From: an uncultured Atribacterota bacterium
GTDB taxonomy: Bacteria; Atribacterota; Phoenicimicrobiia; Phoenicimicrobiales; Stramentimicrobiaceae
Direction: 5' to 3'
Assembly (NCBI GenBank): GCA_964636625.1
Contig: CAZWUL010000001.1
Span: forward strand, 20,534-84,533
DNA: 64,000 bases
A program made the translations under genes and the position numbers. This document shows positions 31,239 to 41,555 of the stretch, piece by piece. Every line of letters starts with the position of its first letter. Positions within the stretch are counted from its first letter, which is position 1. Under the pieces are notes generated by a model. That model was not told the origin of the DNA, ran no database searches, and saw nothing but the letters and a program-made list of their open reading frames with translations.

Positions 31239-31583
31239 CTAGCAGGATAAATGCAGAGCAGCAACTTTTTTTATATGTTTCTCTTGATTATATTCTTCAC
31301 AAGCTTCTTTTGTTTTTTGTATTGTGATATATTTTATACCCTTTTCTTTAATTTTTGTTATTGTAGTATCGTTAACATGCATTAATCCAAACATGCCTGT
31401 TCCTATGATTAGAACATCAGGCTTGTAGCCAATTACATCATTTAAGTCTTTGATGTCCAGAATGTGCCCTTTCTCTCTCCGCCAATTCTGAATGATTGTA
31501 TCAGGAAAGATAATTACATCTGAGTTATATATTTTATCATCGATTGTTATTTTACCGAATTGATATCTATTAATAAAACTCAT
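31239..31583 (-). CDS. Mth938-like domain protein (DUF498)
   Basis: 114 aa with a DVIIFPD...W...H.L...DL...PDVLIIGTG..G.M pattern typical of the MTH938 fold family. Confidence 0.6.
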   Translation of the reverse strand: MSFINRYQFGKITIDDKIYNSDVIIFPDTIIQNWRREKGHILDIKDLNDVIGYKPDVLIIGTGMFGLMHVNDTTITKIKEKGIKYITIQKTKEACEEYNQEKHIKKVAALHLSC

Positions 31584-31685
31584 AATCTAAATATGTTTTC
31601 CCCTTTTCGTTTTAATTGAGTGATGTAACTGATTTAGTGTTATTTGGTTTTTCAATTACAGTGCATTTTAATATTTTTATAAAAA

Positions 31686-32543
31686 TCACTGCTTAAAAAT
31701 TATCGAAGCATATCCTACTACTTGCTCATTCATTTCTGATACATCACCAGAAGTGGCATATTTTAATAATTCGCCTCTTTTTATGCCATATTTCTTACAA
31801 ATCTCAATAACTACTGCTATTGGGCCAGGACCACATATAGATGCCTCATTACGTTTAATTGTCTGGTAAAAAAGCCGAGAATTCATATTCACTATTTGTT
31901 CTATTGCTTCGTAATCTTTCCGCCTTGCACTTTCTTGAATTTCATAATGTGTAAAATCAGAGCTGGCAATAAATAAACATGAGCTATCTTGTGTAGCTGT
32001 AAATATAGTATTTGCCAGTTTTTCCATTGTAGGTAACTGTTGATTAGTGATACTTATTGGAACTATTCTAAATTGAGACTTAGAATAAATAAACTGTAAA
32101 AATGGTAATTGTACCTCAATAGAATGCTCTAAGAGATGAGCTTGGGTGTCTTCTTGTATAATATTTTCTTTATCATTATCAATAATATTTTTTGCAAGTT
32201 TTTTGTCGATTTCAATACTACCAAGTGGTGTTTCCCAAAAACCAGAAGACATTAGAGAAACCGCCTCTCCTAAACCTCGGTGATTGGGTCCAAAAAGTAT
32301 TACTGTATCCGGTGCTTTTTGATATGATAAACTTAAAAAATTGTGTGCAGCGATAGGGCCTGAAAATATAAAGCCCGCATGTGGTGAAATAATCCCTATT
32401 ATTTTTCTCTCTTTCTGAGTGTTTTCAGGTAACTTTTGAGGTCCAATTTCATGAAGAAAGCATTCTTTTAATTGTTTGGATAATGATTCTTTGTCTGCAT
32501 CATAAAATGAGCCAGCTACCATAGCTTTTCTTGTGTGTTCCAT
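31686..32543 (-). CDS. MEMO1-family protein (AmmeMemoRadiSam system protein B-like)
   Basis: N-terminal AGSFY, IISPHAGFIFSGPIAAH and GPNH motifs characteristic of the Memo family, 285 aa. Confidence 0.8.
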   Translation of the reverse strand: MEHTRKAMVAGSFYDADKESLSKQLKECFLHEIGPQKLPENTQKERKIIGIISPHAGFIFSGPIAAHNFLSLSYQKAPDTVILFGPNHRGLGEAVSLMSSGFWETPLGSIEIDKKLAKNIIDNDKENIIQEDTQAHLLEHSIEVQLPFLQFIYSKSQFRIVPISITNQQLPTMEKLANTIFTATQDSSCLFIASSDFTHYEIQESARRKDYEAIEQIVNMNSRLFYQTIKRNEASICGPGPIAVVIEICKKYGIKRGELLKYATSGDVSEMNEQVVGYASIIFKQ

Positions 32544-32582
32544 CTTAAACCTCCCATTATATATATTACAAGAGATAGAATA

Positions 32583-34049
32583 TTAAAACCTGGTTCTACC
32601 GCGGTAGTGTTTACCGCCTTTTTTCTTCTTTTTTGATATTTTTGGTAAGATAAATAAAATAATAACCGCAATTATTATTATTATAAAAATAATTTTGAAA
32701 AACAAAGAATTATATATGTATTTTAAATAAGCTAAGTAATAATCTATTTTGATATTTGGATAATCGTGCTGACTGGCAATAACAGTTTTATAGTGATTAA
32801 CTGCCTCCTTGTATTTACCGTCACTGCTATATTCTGATGCTAATCTATAATGAGCATCAACAATTTTTAGCTCGACATTCTGGTCATTTGGATAATCTTG
32901 CAAAATTATGTTATATTGGTCTATAGCTTCTTTGAATTGTCCATTTTCAAAATATGCAAATGCCATTGCTCTTCTAGATTCGTAATCCTTTGGATCTTTT
33001 TTTATCACATTTTCCAGAGATTCTATAGCTTTCAACCATTCTTCCTCTTCAATATACTCCATTCCCAGTTGTTTATTAATGATTATTTCTGAAATACAAT
33101 ATTTTACAATTCGATTATTTCCAGCATCAGCAACATATATATAGCCTCTATCATCAACAGCTATTCCTTCAGGATAATGCAAAGAAGTATCATTTTCCTC
33201 ATGCCCAAATTCAGTTACAAAAGCAAGATTAGAGTCATATTGAACCACTTTACCGTTTCTATAGTCAGTCACATAAACATTTTCATCACTATCGATAGCA
33301 ATATAACGAGTACCATTAAATTCACCAGGACCACTTCCAGCAACTCCCAGTCTTTTCATAAATTGACCATTTTGGTTAAAAATTTGTACCTGATGATGGA
33401 AAGTATCTGCTACATATATATTACCTTCTTTATCAAGGGCTATTCCCCTTGGATAATAAAATTCTCCATCACCCATTCCTTCTCTACCAAAAGAATACAA
33501 GAAATCAAAATTCTTAGAAAATACCTGAACCCTATTATTGCCAGTATCAACCACATATATATTACCTTCTTTATCAAGGGCTATTCCCCTTGGATTATCA
33601 AATTCTCCGGGATTACTACCATTCTGTCCGAATATTTGCATTGATTTTCCATTTTTTGATATTTTATGTAAACGGTTATTATGTTGTTCCACTACGATAA
33701 TATTATCATCTTCATCTAATGTTATGCCTACTGGTCCGTCAAGTTGATTATTTTCATTCTCATCAGGAATGGTACCAATTATTTCACCATTACTGTTAAA
33801 TATTTGTATTCTGTCATTTTCCCAATCAGTAACATATATATTGTTATCCTTGTTTAAAGTTATACCAACAGGGTAATTAAATTCTCCTTCCCTGCTTCCA
33901 AACACACCAAAGGTTTTCTCAATAACATAATTATTATCAATGGCATAAATATTTCCATTGAAAATAGCTAAACTAAAAACAATAATTATAAAAAACATTA
34001 ATTCAATATATTTTTTTTTGTATATGGAAAACATAATAATATACCTCAC
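32583..34049 (-). CDS. NHL-repeat beta-propeller plus TPR membrane protein
   Basis: Signal/TM N-terminus, six NHL repeats (DxxGNIYVxDxxNxRIQ), TPR-like helical region, a C-terminal TM segment and a KKKKKGGKHYRGRTRF tail. Confidence 0.75.
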   Translation of the reverse strand: MRYIIMFSIYKKKYIELMFFIIIVFSLAIFNGNIYAIDNNYVIEKTFGVFGSREGEFNYPVGITLNKDNNIYVTDWENDRIQIFNSNGEIIGTIPDENENNQLDGPVGITLDEDDNIIVVEQHNNRLHKISKNGKSMQIFGQNGSNPGEFDNPRGIALDKEGNIYVVDTGNNRVQVFSKNFDFLYSFGREGMGDGEFYYPRGIALDKEGNIYVADTFHHQVQIFNQNGQFMKRLGVAGSGPGEFNGTRYIAIDSDENVYVTDYRNGKVVQYDSNLAFVTEFGHEENDTSLHYPEGIAVDDRGYIYVADAGNNRIVKYCISEIIINKQLGMEYIEEEEWLKAIESLENVIKKDPKDYESRRAMAFAYFENGQFKEAIDQYNIILQDYPNDQNVELKIVDAHYRLASEYSSDGKYKEAVNHYKTVIASQHDYPNIKIDYYLAYLKYIYNSLFFKIIFIIIIIAVIILFILPKISKKKKKGGKHYRGRTRF

Positions 34050-34066
34050 AATATTTACGAAAAACT

Positions 34067-34708
34067 TTATGTATCAATTGCTTTACAAGAATTGATCAAC
34101 TCTTTTATTGTCCTTTCTATTATCAAAAGAGACTCTTTTTGATATTTTATATCTTTTTCTCTTGTATTATCAAGATGTATTGGTTTGCCAATATTTACAT
34201 AAATATTTTTTCTTTTTAAAAAAGAAGGTATCGTTGAACCTGGCGGATAAATATCATATGTACCATGAATTCCTACTGGCATTATTGGTGCATTTGACAT
34301 TAATGCTATTTTGATAAATCCGACATTCAATTCCAGTAGTTCTCCATTCAATGAACGAGTTCCTTCAGGAAAAATACCTAATATTTTTCCATTTTTTAAA
34401 ATATTGATGCTCTTTTTTATAGAAATAATACTTGCCTTTTTTCTATCAACTGGAATAGCACCAAGTGTTTTCACAATAATTCCCAGTATTGGAACATCAA
34501 ATACTTCTCTTTTTGCAATAAAATGAATTTGCCTATTAATAGCAGTTCCTAATACTATTGGATCTAAATAACTAACATGGTTAGCAGCTAATATTATTGG
34601 GCCGGTTTTGCTTAAATATTTTTCACCTTTCACTTTTATAGGCCAAAACAAAAAGCTTAATATCTTTCCTAAAAAACAAGCTAATTTATAAATCATTATT
34701 ATACACAC
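34067..34708 (-). CDS. plsC: 1-acyl-sn-glycerol-3-phosphate acyltransferase
   Basis: HxxxxD motif (NHVSYLD) and FPEGTRS motif, 213 aa. Confidence 0.85.
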   Translation of the reverse strand: MCIIMIYKLACFLGKILSFLFWPIKVKGEKYLSKTGPIILAANHVSYLDPIVLGTAINRQIHFIAKREVFDVPILGIIVKTLGAIPVDRKKASIISIKKSINILKNGKILGIFPEGTRSLNGELLELNVGFIKIALMSNAPIMPVGIHGTYDIYPPGSTIPSFLKRKNIYVNIGKPIHLDNTREKDIKYQKESLLIIERTIKELINSCKAIDT

Positions 34709-34773
34709 AACTTTTATTATAATATTCTTAAATAATGTATTTTAATGTATTTTGTAATTTGTTATTTATCAGG

Positions 34774-34847
34774 TGTGCCCGAGAGGATTTGAACCTCCAA
34801 TCTACGGCTCCGGAGGCCGTCGCTTTATCCAATTAAGCCACGGGCAC
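34774..34847 (-). tRNA. tRNA-Arg (anticodon CCG)
   Basis: The reverse complement folds as a cloverleaf. The acceptor stem is GTGCCCG/CGGGCAC, the anticodon stem-loop GGCCT-CCG-GAGCC reads anticodon CCG, and the T-arm is GGTTCAAATCC. Confidence 0.8.
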
Positions 34848-35104
34848 ATTCCAGGGTAATTTAATATTTAATCTATATTAAATCTATAAATATAATAACA
34901 TTATTTATGCTTTTTATTCTATAAAAATTGTCAAAATAAGAAAAGAAATATGATTTGGGAAAATTATTATACTTAGGAAGTAAAATAAGATAAATATTTA
35001 AATTAATTATTTGAAAAACGACAGGAAATTATGAAAATATTACATAATATATTTTTTAATTTTTCGCAATTATATATAAACTAAATTCACTTGTGAAAAC
35101 AATG

Positions 35105-35725
35105 CTATTCGCCGCGAATCATTTCTTTAATGCGCATTAAAGCAGAATTATTCGACCTTGCCATTTCATCCAATTTCATTGTTATAAATTTAATAGTATC
35201 TTCTAAATTTGGAATCATTACATATTCTAATGCATTGACTCTTCTTCTTGTTTTCTCTATTTCTTCAGTTAAAAGAACAATTGTTTTGTCTAATTCCGCC
35301 ATTTTGACCATTAAGGGAGTAATTTCCTTATATTTTTTTAAAGCATTATCCAATCCGGGGTTTTTATTAACCATACCATATGTATATAATTCACCCTCTT
35401 CGATAAGTTCAAAATGAGGAGCTTGGACACTCATTATATTTTGATGAGAGATTTTCACCTTTGAAGTTCTTTTTGGAAATAAAAAAATAGAATCTAAATC
35501 TTTATTTCCCATAGATAGACTCGCTACAAGAAAATCATTTATATTTTCCCGCATTTTTTTATCAAACTCTTCTCTTAATTTTCTGTTTTCATGTACAAGT
35601 TTAATGAATTTTTGTATAAGTGCATCACGTTTATCTTTTAACAGTTTGTAACCTCTTCTAGCCAGAGCTAATCTTCTCTTTAGTCTTAATAATTCCATTC
35701 GGTTAGGGTTAACTGCTAATATCAT
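35105..35725 (-). CDS. atpD: V/A-type ATP synthase subunit D
   Basis: 206 aa with the typical subunit D N-terminus (NPNRMELLRLKRRLALARRGYKLLKDKRDAL). Last gene of the operon. Confidence 0.9.
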   Translation of the reverse strand: MILAVNPNRMELLRLKRRLALARRGYKLLKDKRDALIQKFIKLVHENRKLREEFDKKMRENINDFLVASLSMGNKDLDSIFLFPKRTSKVKISHQNIMSVQAPHFELIEEGELYTYGMVNKNPGLDNALKKYKEITPLMVKMAELDKTIVLLTEEIEKTRRRVNALEYVMIPNLEDTIKFITMKLDEMARSNNSALMRIKEMIRGE

Positions 35726-35817
35726 TCTTTAAACTCCTTATTGGTATCTTGGCTGAGTATATTCGCTAATGTATCAGTGTATCCTTTAAAACTAATATAT
35801 TATTTTTTCTTATTTCT

Positions 35818-37218
35818 TTATGATTCTTTTTTGTTAGAATCATCTATAGATTTCTGCAAATACTTTTCTATGTATTCATCTTTTATTCGTTTTAATTCAT
35901 TTACCGGCAGCATTGCCAGCGCATCCCATCCAATGCTTAAACTCTTTTCTATATCACGGTTTTCATTTTCTCCCTGTTGGACAAATATTTCTTCAAATTT
36001 ATCTGAAAACTTAACATATTTTTTATCTTCTTCAGTTAAAGCAGCTTCGCCTAAAATTGTTGCAAGCTCTTTAGATTCTTTTCCTCGCGCATAAGATGCA
36101 AACAATTGATTCATCACATTAGCGTGATCTTCTCTAGTTTTATTTTCGCCAATACCCTTATCTTTTAATCTTGACAAAGATGGCAATACATTTATCGGTG
36201 GATAAATTCCTTTTAAATGTAATTCGCGGGCTAAAATTATTTGTCCTTCAGTAATATAACCGGTCAAATCTGGAATGGGATGTGTTTTGTCATCTTCTGG
36301 CATACTTAATATTGGAACCATAGTTATTGAGCCTTGCTTTTGTTTAATTCGACCGGCTCTTTCGTAAAGAGTTGCCAGGTCAGTATAAAGATATCCGGGA
36401 TATCCTCGCCTTCCTGGTATTTCTTTTCTAGCGGCAGAGACTTCTCTTAATGCTTCACAGTAATTAGTCATATCTGTTAAAATAACCAAAACATGCATAT
36501 CTTTTTCAAATGCTAAATATTCTGCTGAAGTAAGAGCCATTTTTGGAGTAATTATTCTCTCTATAGCAGGGTCATTAGCAAGATTGATAAACATAACACT
36601 TTTTTCAATGGCACCAGTTCTTCTAAAGTCACTTATAAAAAAGTTTGCTTCTTCAAAAGTAATACCCATTGCAGCAAAAACAACAGAAAATGTTTCTTCC
36701 TTCCCTAATACCCTGGCTTGTCTGGCAATTTGCGAGGCTACTTTAGAATGTGGCAGCCCGGAACCGGAAAATATAGGTAACTTTTGACCTCTAACTAGCG
36801 TATTTAATACATCAATAGACGAAATACCTGTTTGAATAAAATCATTGGGATAATCCCTAGCATAAGGGTTTAAAGGGCTACCATTGATATCCAAACGCTT
36901 TTCTGGTATTATTTCAGGTCCATTATCAATAGGTCTTCCGGAACCGTCAAATATTCTACCCAGCATATCAGTAGAAACAGGTATTTCAATTACCTTGCCT
37001 AAAAAGCGTACTTTTGTATTGGAAACATCTATGCCAGTTGTTCCTTCAAACATTTGCACAATTGCCCTATCTTCGGAAACTTCTAATACCTGCCCTCTTC
37101 TTTTTTCACCATCAGATAATTCTATTTCTACCAATTCATCATATTTGACATTGCTTATCTTATTAACGATAATTAATGGACCATTTACTTCTGTAATAGT
37201 TGAATATTCTTTTATCAT
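35818..37218 (-). CDS. atpB: V/A-type ATP synthase subunit B
   Basis: 466 aa regulatory subunit homologous to the F1 alpha/beta fold, without a canonical P-loop. Confidence 0.92.
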   Translation of the reverse strand: MIKEYSTITEVNGPLIIVNKISNVKYDELVEIELSDGEKRRGQVLEVSEDRAIVQMFEGTTGIDVSNTKVRFLGKVIEIPVSTDMLGRIFDGSGRPIDNGPEIIPEKRLDINGSPLNPYARDYPNDFIQTGISSIDVLNTLVRGQKLPIFSGSGLPHSKVASQIARQARVLGKEETFSVVFAAMGITFEEANFFISDFRRTGAIEKSVMFINLANDPAIERIITPKMALTSAEYLAFEKDMHVLVILTDMTNYCEALREVSAARKEIPGRRGYPGYLYTDLATLYERAGRIKQKQGSITMVPILSMPEDDKTHPIPDLTGYITEGQIILARELHLKGIYPPINVLPSLSRLKDKGIGENKTREDHANVMNQLFASYARGKESKELATILGEAALTEEDKKYVKFSDKFEEIFVQQGENENRDIEKSLSIGWDALAMLPVNELKRIKDEYIEKYLQKSIDDSNKKES

Positions 37219-37221
37219 AAA

Positions 37222-39057
37222 TTATTCATCCTTTCCCTTATTGTTGGATGCTAAGGACTTAATTTCTTTTTCTATTTCGTCTTTTATTTTTTGGAATTCT
37301 TTTAAATCATCTTCTGAAATAAATTTAGAACGTACAATCTTATTTTTAACAGATAATTGGTTTAATTGTTCATTTGAAATTCCCTCTTTTTCAATCATTT
37401 CTCTGGCTTTATTATGAAAGAATATAATTAAATCCAACATTAAAAACTGTTTTTTCATAGAAGTATAGGTATCAATCTCATCAAATGCGTTTTGATGCAG
37501 AAAATCTTCTCTTATAGCACGTGCTGTATCAAGGGTAAGGCGTTCTTTTTTCGATAAAGCGTCAATACCTACAAGTCTGACTGTTTCTTCTAATTCTGAT
37601 TCCTCCTGAAGAATACTCATAGCAATAGTTCTGGTTTGAATATAATTATCATTAATTTCATCTTTAAAATAACTACTTAACTGATCCAGGTACAAAGAAT
37701 AGCTTTTTAACCAGTCAATCGCTGGAAAATGCCTTTTATAGGCTAATTTATCCTGTAGACTCCAGTATACCTGCACAGTTCGCAAGGTATTTTGAGTTAC
37801 TGGTTCTGATAAATCTCCTCCAGGTGGAGATACCGCACCAATTACACTTATAGTGGCTTCTTGCTCTTTAGATGAAAGACATTTAACCCTACCTGATCTT
37901 TCATAAAAACTCGCGATTCTTGTTCCCAAGTAGGCAGGATAGCCTTCCTCTCCAGGCATTTCTTCCAGCCTTCCAGATATTTCCCGCATCGCTTCGGCCC
38001 ATCTGGAGGTTGAATCAGCCATCAAAGCAACATTATATCCCATATCCCGATAATATTCTGCAATTGTTATTCCTGTATAAACTGAAGCCTCTCTGGCGGC
38101 GACAGGCATGTTGGAGGTGTTTGCAATCAAAACTGTTCTTTCCATTAAGGGTTTACCAGAGTTGGGGTCAATCAATTCCGGGAACTCCTGCAGAACATCT
38201 GTCATTTCATTACCTCTTTCACCACAACCGATAAAAACTATGATTTCAGCATTACACCATTTAGAAAGTTGATGTTGAACTACCGTTTTACCACTTCCAA
38301 ATGGACCTGGTATACAAGCAGTACCCCCTTTTGCAATAGTAAAAAAGGTGTCAATTACTCGTTGTCCGGTAATCAATGGTTCCTTAGGAGGCATTTTCTC
38401 TTGATATGGTCGCATTTTTCGTACAGGCCATTTTTGTAACATTTTAACATCATGCACTTTACCAGATTTATCTTTAATTTTAGCTATAGTATCAATGACT
38501 TTATAGCTCCCCTCGCTGATGCTCTCTATTGCACCTTCAATACCTATTGGTACCATTATTCGATGTGTAATAATAGAAGTTTCCGGCACTGTTCCCAGGC
38601 AATCACCGGCACTAACCTGGTCTCCTTTTTTTACTGAAGGTTTGAAATCCCATTTTATTGTTTTATTCAGACTTTCAGCTTCTACTCCTCTTGCAATAAA
38701 AGCACCTTCATTTTTAAAAATAATATCTAAAGGTCTTTGAATCCCATCATAAATTGATTTAATTAATCCTGGTCCAAGCTCAACACTTAATGGTAAATTG
38801 GTAGTATACACTGGTTCACCAGGCCCAATTCCAGAAGTTTCCTCATAAACCTGTATGGTTGCTTTGTCTTCATTTAATTCGATTATTTCACCGATTAATT
38901 TTCCTTCACTAACTTGCACCACATCATACATTTTAGCCCCTCTTAAGCCATCTGCAATAACTACCGGTCCTGAGACTTTAACAATCTTGCCCGTATTTTG
39001 TTGCATATTATCCCTCTTTTCTAAACAAAATATCTGTACCCACAGCTTTTTCAACAT
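37222..39057 (-). CDS. atpA: V/A-type ATP synthase catalytic subunit A (likely start at 39006)
   Basis: Walker A GPFGSGKT and the non-homologous insert region typical of V-type A subunits. Confidence 0.92.
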   Translation of the reverse strand: MLKKLWVQIFCLEKRDNMQQNTGKIVKVSGPVVIADGLRGAKMYDVVQVSEGKLIGEIIELNEDKATIQVYEETSGIGPGEPVYTTNLPLSVELGPGLIKSIYDGIQRPLDIIFKNEGAFIARGVEAESLNKTIKWDFKPSVKKGDQVSAGDCLGTVPETSIITHRIMVPIGIEGAIESISEGSYKVIDTIAKIKDKSGKVHDVKMLQKWPVRKMRPYQEKMPPKEPLITGQRVIDTFFTIAKGGTACIPGPFGSGKTVVQHQLSKWCNAEIIVFIGCGERGNEMTDVLQEFPELIDPNSGKPLMERTVLIANTSNMPVAAREASVYTGITIAEYYRDMGYNVALMADSTSRWAEAMREISGRLEEMPGEEGYPAYLGTRIASFYERSGRVKCLSSKEQEATISVIGAVSPPGGDLSEPVTQNTLRTVQVYWSLQDKLAYKRHFPAIDWLKSYSLYLDQLSSYFKDEINDNYIQTRTIAMSILQEESELEETVRLVGIDALSKKERLTLDTARAIREDFLHQNAFDEIDTYTSMKKQFLMLDLIIFFHNKAREMIEKEGISNEQLNQLSVKNKIVRSKFISEDDLKEFQKIKDEIEKEIKSLASNNKGKDE

Positions 39058-39331
39058 TTTTTCTTAGTATATTTATATTCAGGTTAGTATCTTTGATTCG
39101 GTTTGGAAGGATACAAATAGATATTGATGATATTTTTTGATATTCCTCAATTTTATCTATTATTTTTTGAGCTATGCTATCTGTAATAAAAACAATAGCA
39201 AAATTATTTTTATTACAATCTTTAAGAGCTTTTATTGCCTCTTCTGAATTAACTACTGGAAATAATTGTATTCCTACTAAGTTAAACCCAATAATTACTT
39301 CTTTTTCTCCTATTAATGCAATATTAGACAT
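39008..39331 (-). CDS. atpF: V/A-type ATP synthase subunit F
   Basis: 107 aa small subunit between C and A, as in Enterococcus ntpG. Confidence 0.8.
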   Translation of the reverse strand: MSNIALIGEKEVIIGFNLVGIQLFPVVNSEEAIKALKDCNKNNFAIVFITDSIAQKIIDKIEEYQKISSISICILPNRIKDTNLNINILRKNVEKAVGTDILFRKEG

Positions 39332-40364
39332 AGCATATCCTTAAATTTTTTTGAATAATATCTTGTGGTAGATGGTATCTTTTGCCATTCAGAATCATTC
39401 GCATGTTTTTGATATCAAACTCTTTAGCATAGTAATAACCAACAATACTCTCTAAACCGAAAGAATTATATTTACCAATTTTTAACAAATCTAAAAGATA
39501 ATTGTCAATTAGTCGTTCTAGTTCAAGTAAAGAACCTTTTTCTTGCCAGTATTTTATCCCTGTTTCAACCAGCTCACTATAATCAGTTTTTTGAAAATAA
39601 TTAGGCCATGAATGAACAGAATTCTCATAGATTCCTAGTATTTTTTGAGTGGGGTAATTACCGTATTTTATTAAAAATTCAGTTAATTTTGATTTTTTGA
39701 TATTTCTAATCTTGCATCTACAAGCAATCATTATATTTGTTAAATCAGTTTCTTTTTTGTAAAAATAATATAAAAAAGGCTGATTAAACTCTTTTAACAA
39801 TTTAAAAATCGTTTCATAATATCCTTTATCCAATAAACTTTCTATTAATTGGGTGTCTTCAGATTTCGTATATTCCTCCTCGGCTTGCCTTATAAATCTT
39901 TCAATTAACATAGGAACAACCTGGTATTTACCCTCTGATACTGCTGCTTTCAATAAATCTAACCTTATATTTCCGATATCATATGTTGGCATTGTGTCTT
40001 GTTTAGCATGTAATTTTGCCTTCATTGTTACCTTGAGATTATGAAAATCATATTTCCAGTTAAGAAGTTCAGATAAATATGTATTAGGAGAAATATCTCT
40101 AATTATTTTAATAGTTTTTCTGAGTATTTTTTCTAAATAATTGTCTATAGATATTGCCTGTGTATTTTCGAAAACATAATCTTCTATAGAACTTTCTGAA
40201 ATAACTTTTAAGGCGTTTTCTAAATCCGTTGCTTCGAGCATTTTATCCAGGATTTCCTGTGTTAACAAACTTTTTTCCAGTTCTCGTATTCTAGCACAGG
40301 CATAGCCATATTCCTCTTGAGTGTTGGTATTTTCATTAATATATTTAAGCATTCTATTCCCCAT
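39324..40364 (-). CDS. atpC: V/A-type ATP synthase subunit C (d-type)
   Basis: 346 aa helical protein in the conserved operon position. Confidence 0.8.
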   Translation of the reverse strand: MGNRMLKYINENTNTQEEYGYACARIRELEKSLLTQEILDKMLEATDLENALKVISESSIEDYVFENTQAISIDNYLEKILRKTIKIIRDISPNTYLSELLNWKYDFHNLKVTMKAKLHAKQDTMPTYDIGNIRLDLLKAAVSEGKYQVVPMLIERFIRQAEEEYTKSEDTQLIESLLDKGYYETIFKLLKEFNQPFLYYFYKKETDLTNIMIACRCKIRNIKKSKLTEFLIKYGNYPTQKILGIYENSVHSWPNYFQKTDYSELVETGIKYWQEKGSLLELERLIDNYLLDLLKIGKYNSFGLESIVGYYYAKEFDIKNMRMILNGKRYHLPQDIIQKNLRICYV

Positions 40365-40962
40365 TTTTTTGAAATAGAAATTGGTTCAATTTTGTTTCGA
40401 TGTTATCTTTAATCTTGTCGAAAATTACATCAAGAGAAGCATTTTTTCTGATTTCCTCTGTTCCCAGGACAACCCCGCCTTTAATGTTAAGCGTTTTTTC
40501 TGCTAATTTTAACTCACCTTTTTTGCCTTTGGATTTCAGTTTTTTATTTATATTGTTAATAAAATCCTGGTTTATTTCTTTCCGTTCATTATTTCCTAAA
40601 TATATAGTTTCATCTCCACTTTCAGTATTTTCAATAATCAATCTTTCCATGAAATGAAAGTATTTTTCCTTATTCATATTTTCTATTCTTTTTTCTGCCT
40701 CCTGAAAGATATCTTTAATTATGGCTTGTTTTTCAGAAAGAACCTTCTTGTTGGTTTCAAGCTTTGCTTCAGTGATAATCTTTTTTTCTTCCAGTTCAGC
40801 TTCCTGTTCATAACGTTCCTTAATGCTTTTCTTTATGGATTCAATCTCATAATGCGCATTTTTTTTGAAATAATTAATTTCATTATTAGCTTCTTCAATA
40901 ATTTTATCTTTCTCCTGTGTAGCGCTTTCTAATATTTTATCTTTGATATCTTTAATCGACAT
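40354..40962 (-). CDS. atpE: V/A-type ATP synthase subunit E
   Basis: 202 aa with an N-terminal coiled coil, operon position. Confidence 0.8.
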   Translation of the reverse strand: MSIKDIKDKILESATQEKDKIIEEANNEINYFKKNAHYEIESIKKSIKERYEQEAELEEKKIITEAKLETNKKVLSEKQAIIKDIFQEAEKRIENMNKEKYFHFMERLIIENTESGDETIYLGNNERKEINQDFINNINKKLKSKGKKGELKLAEKTLNIKGGVVLGTEEIRKNASLDVIFDKIKDNIETKLNQFLFQKNGE

Positions 40963-40994
40963 TCATAATACTCCTGCTTTTATTAGACAATAAA

Positions 40995-41489
<495 letters not shown>

Positions 41490-41555
41490 TCATTTTCTTC
41501 TTTGGAATAATAGAAGAAGATTATAAAATATAAAATATTTTTTAATCTTATTTCT

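Noticed and set aside
33177-33747. + strand ORFs of 155 and 69 aa overlapping the NHL gene
   Set aside because: Artefacts of the internal DNA repeat of the NHL gene read on the opposite strand. The translations are repetitive and hydrophobic and have no homology signal.
35090-35125. Palindrome ATTCGC-c-GCGAAT at the atpD 3' end
   Set aside because: It lies inside the coding sequence (encodes ...MIRGE*), and a 1-nt spacer cannot form a hairpin loop.
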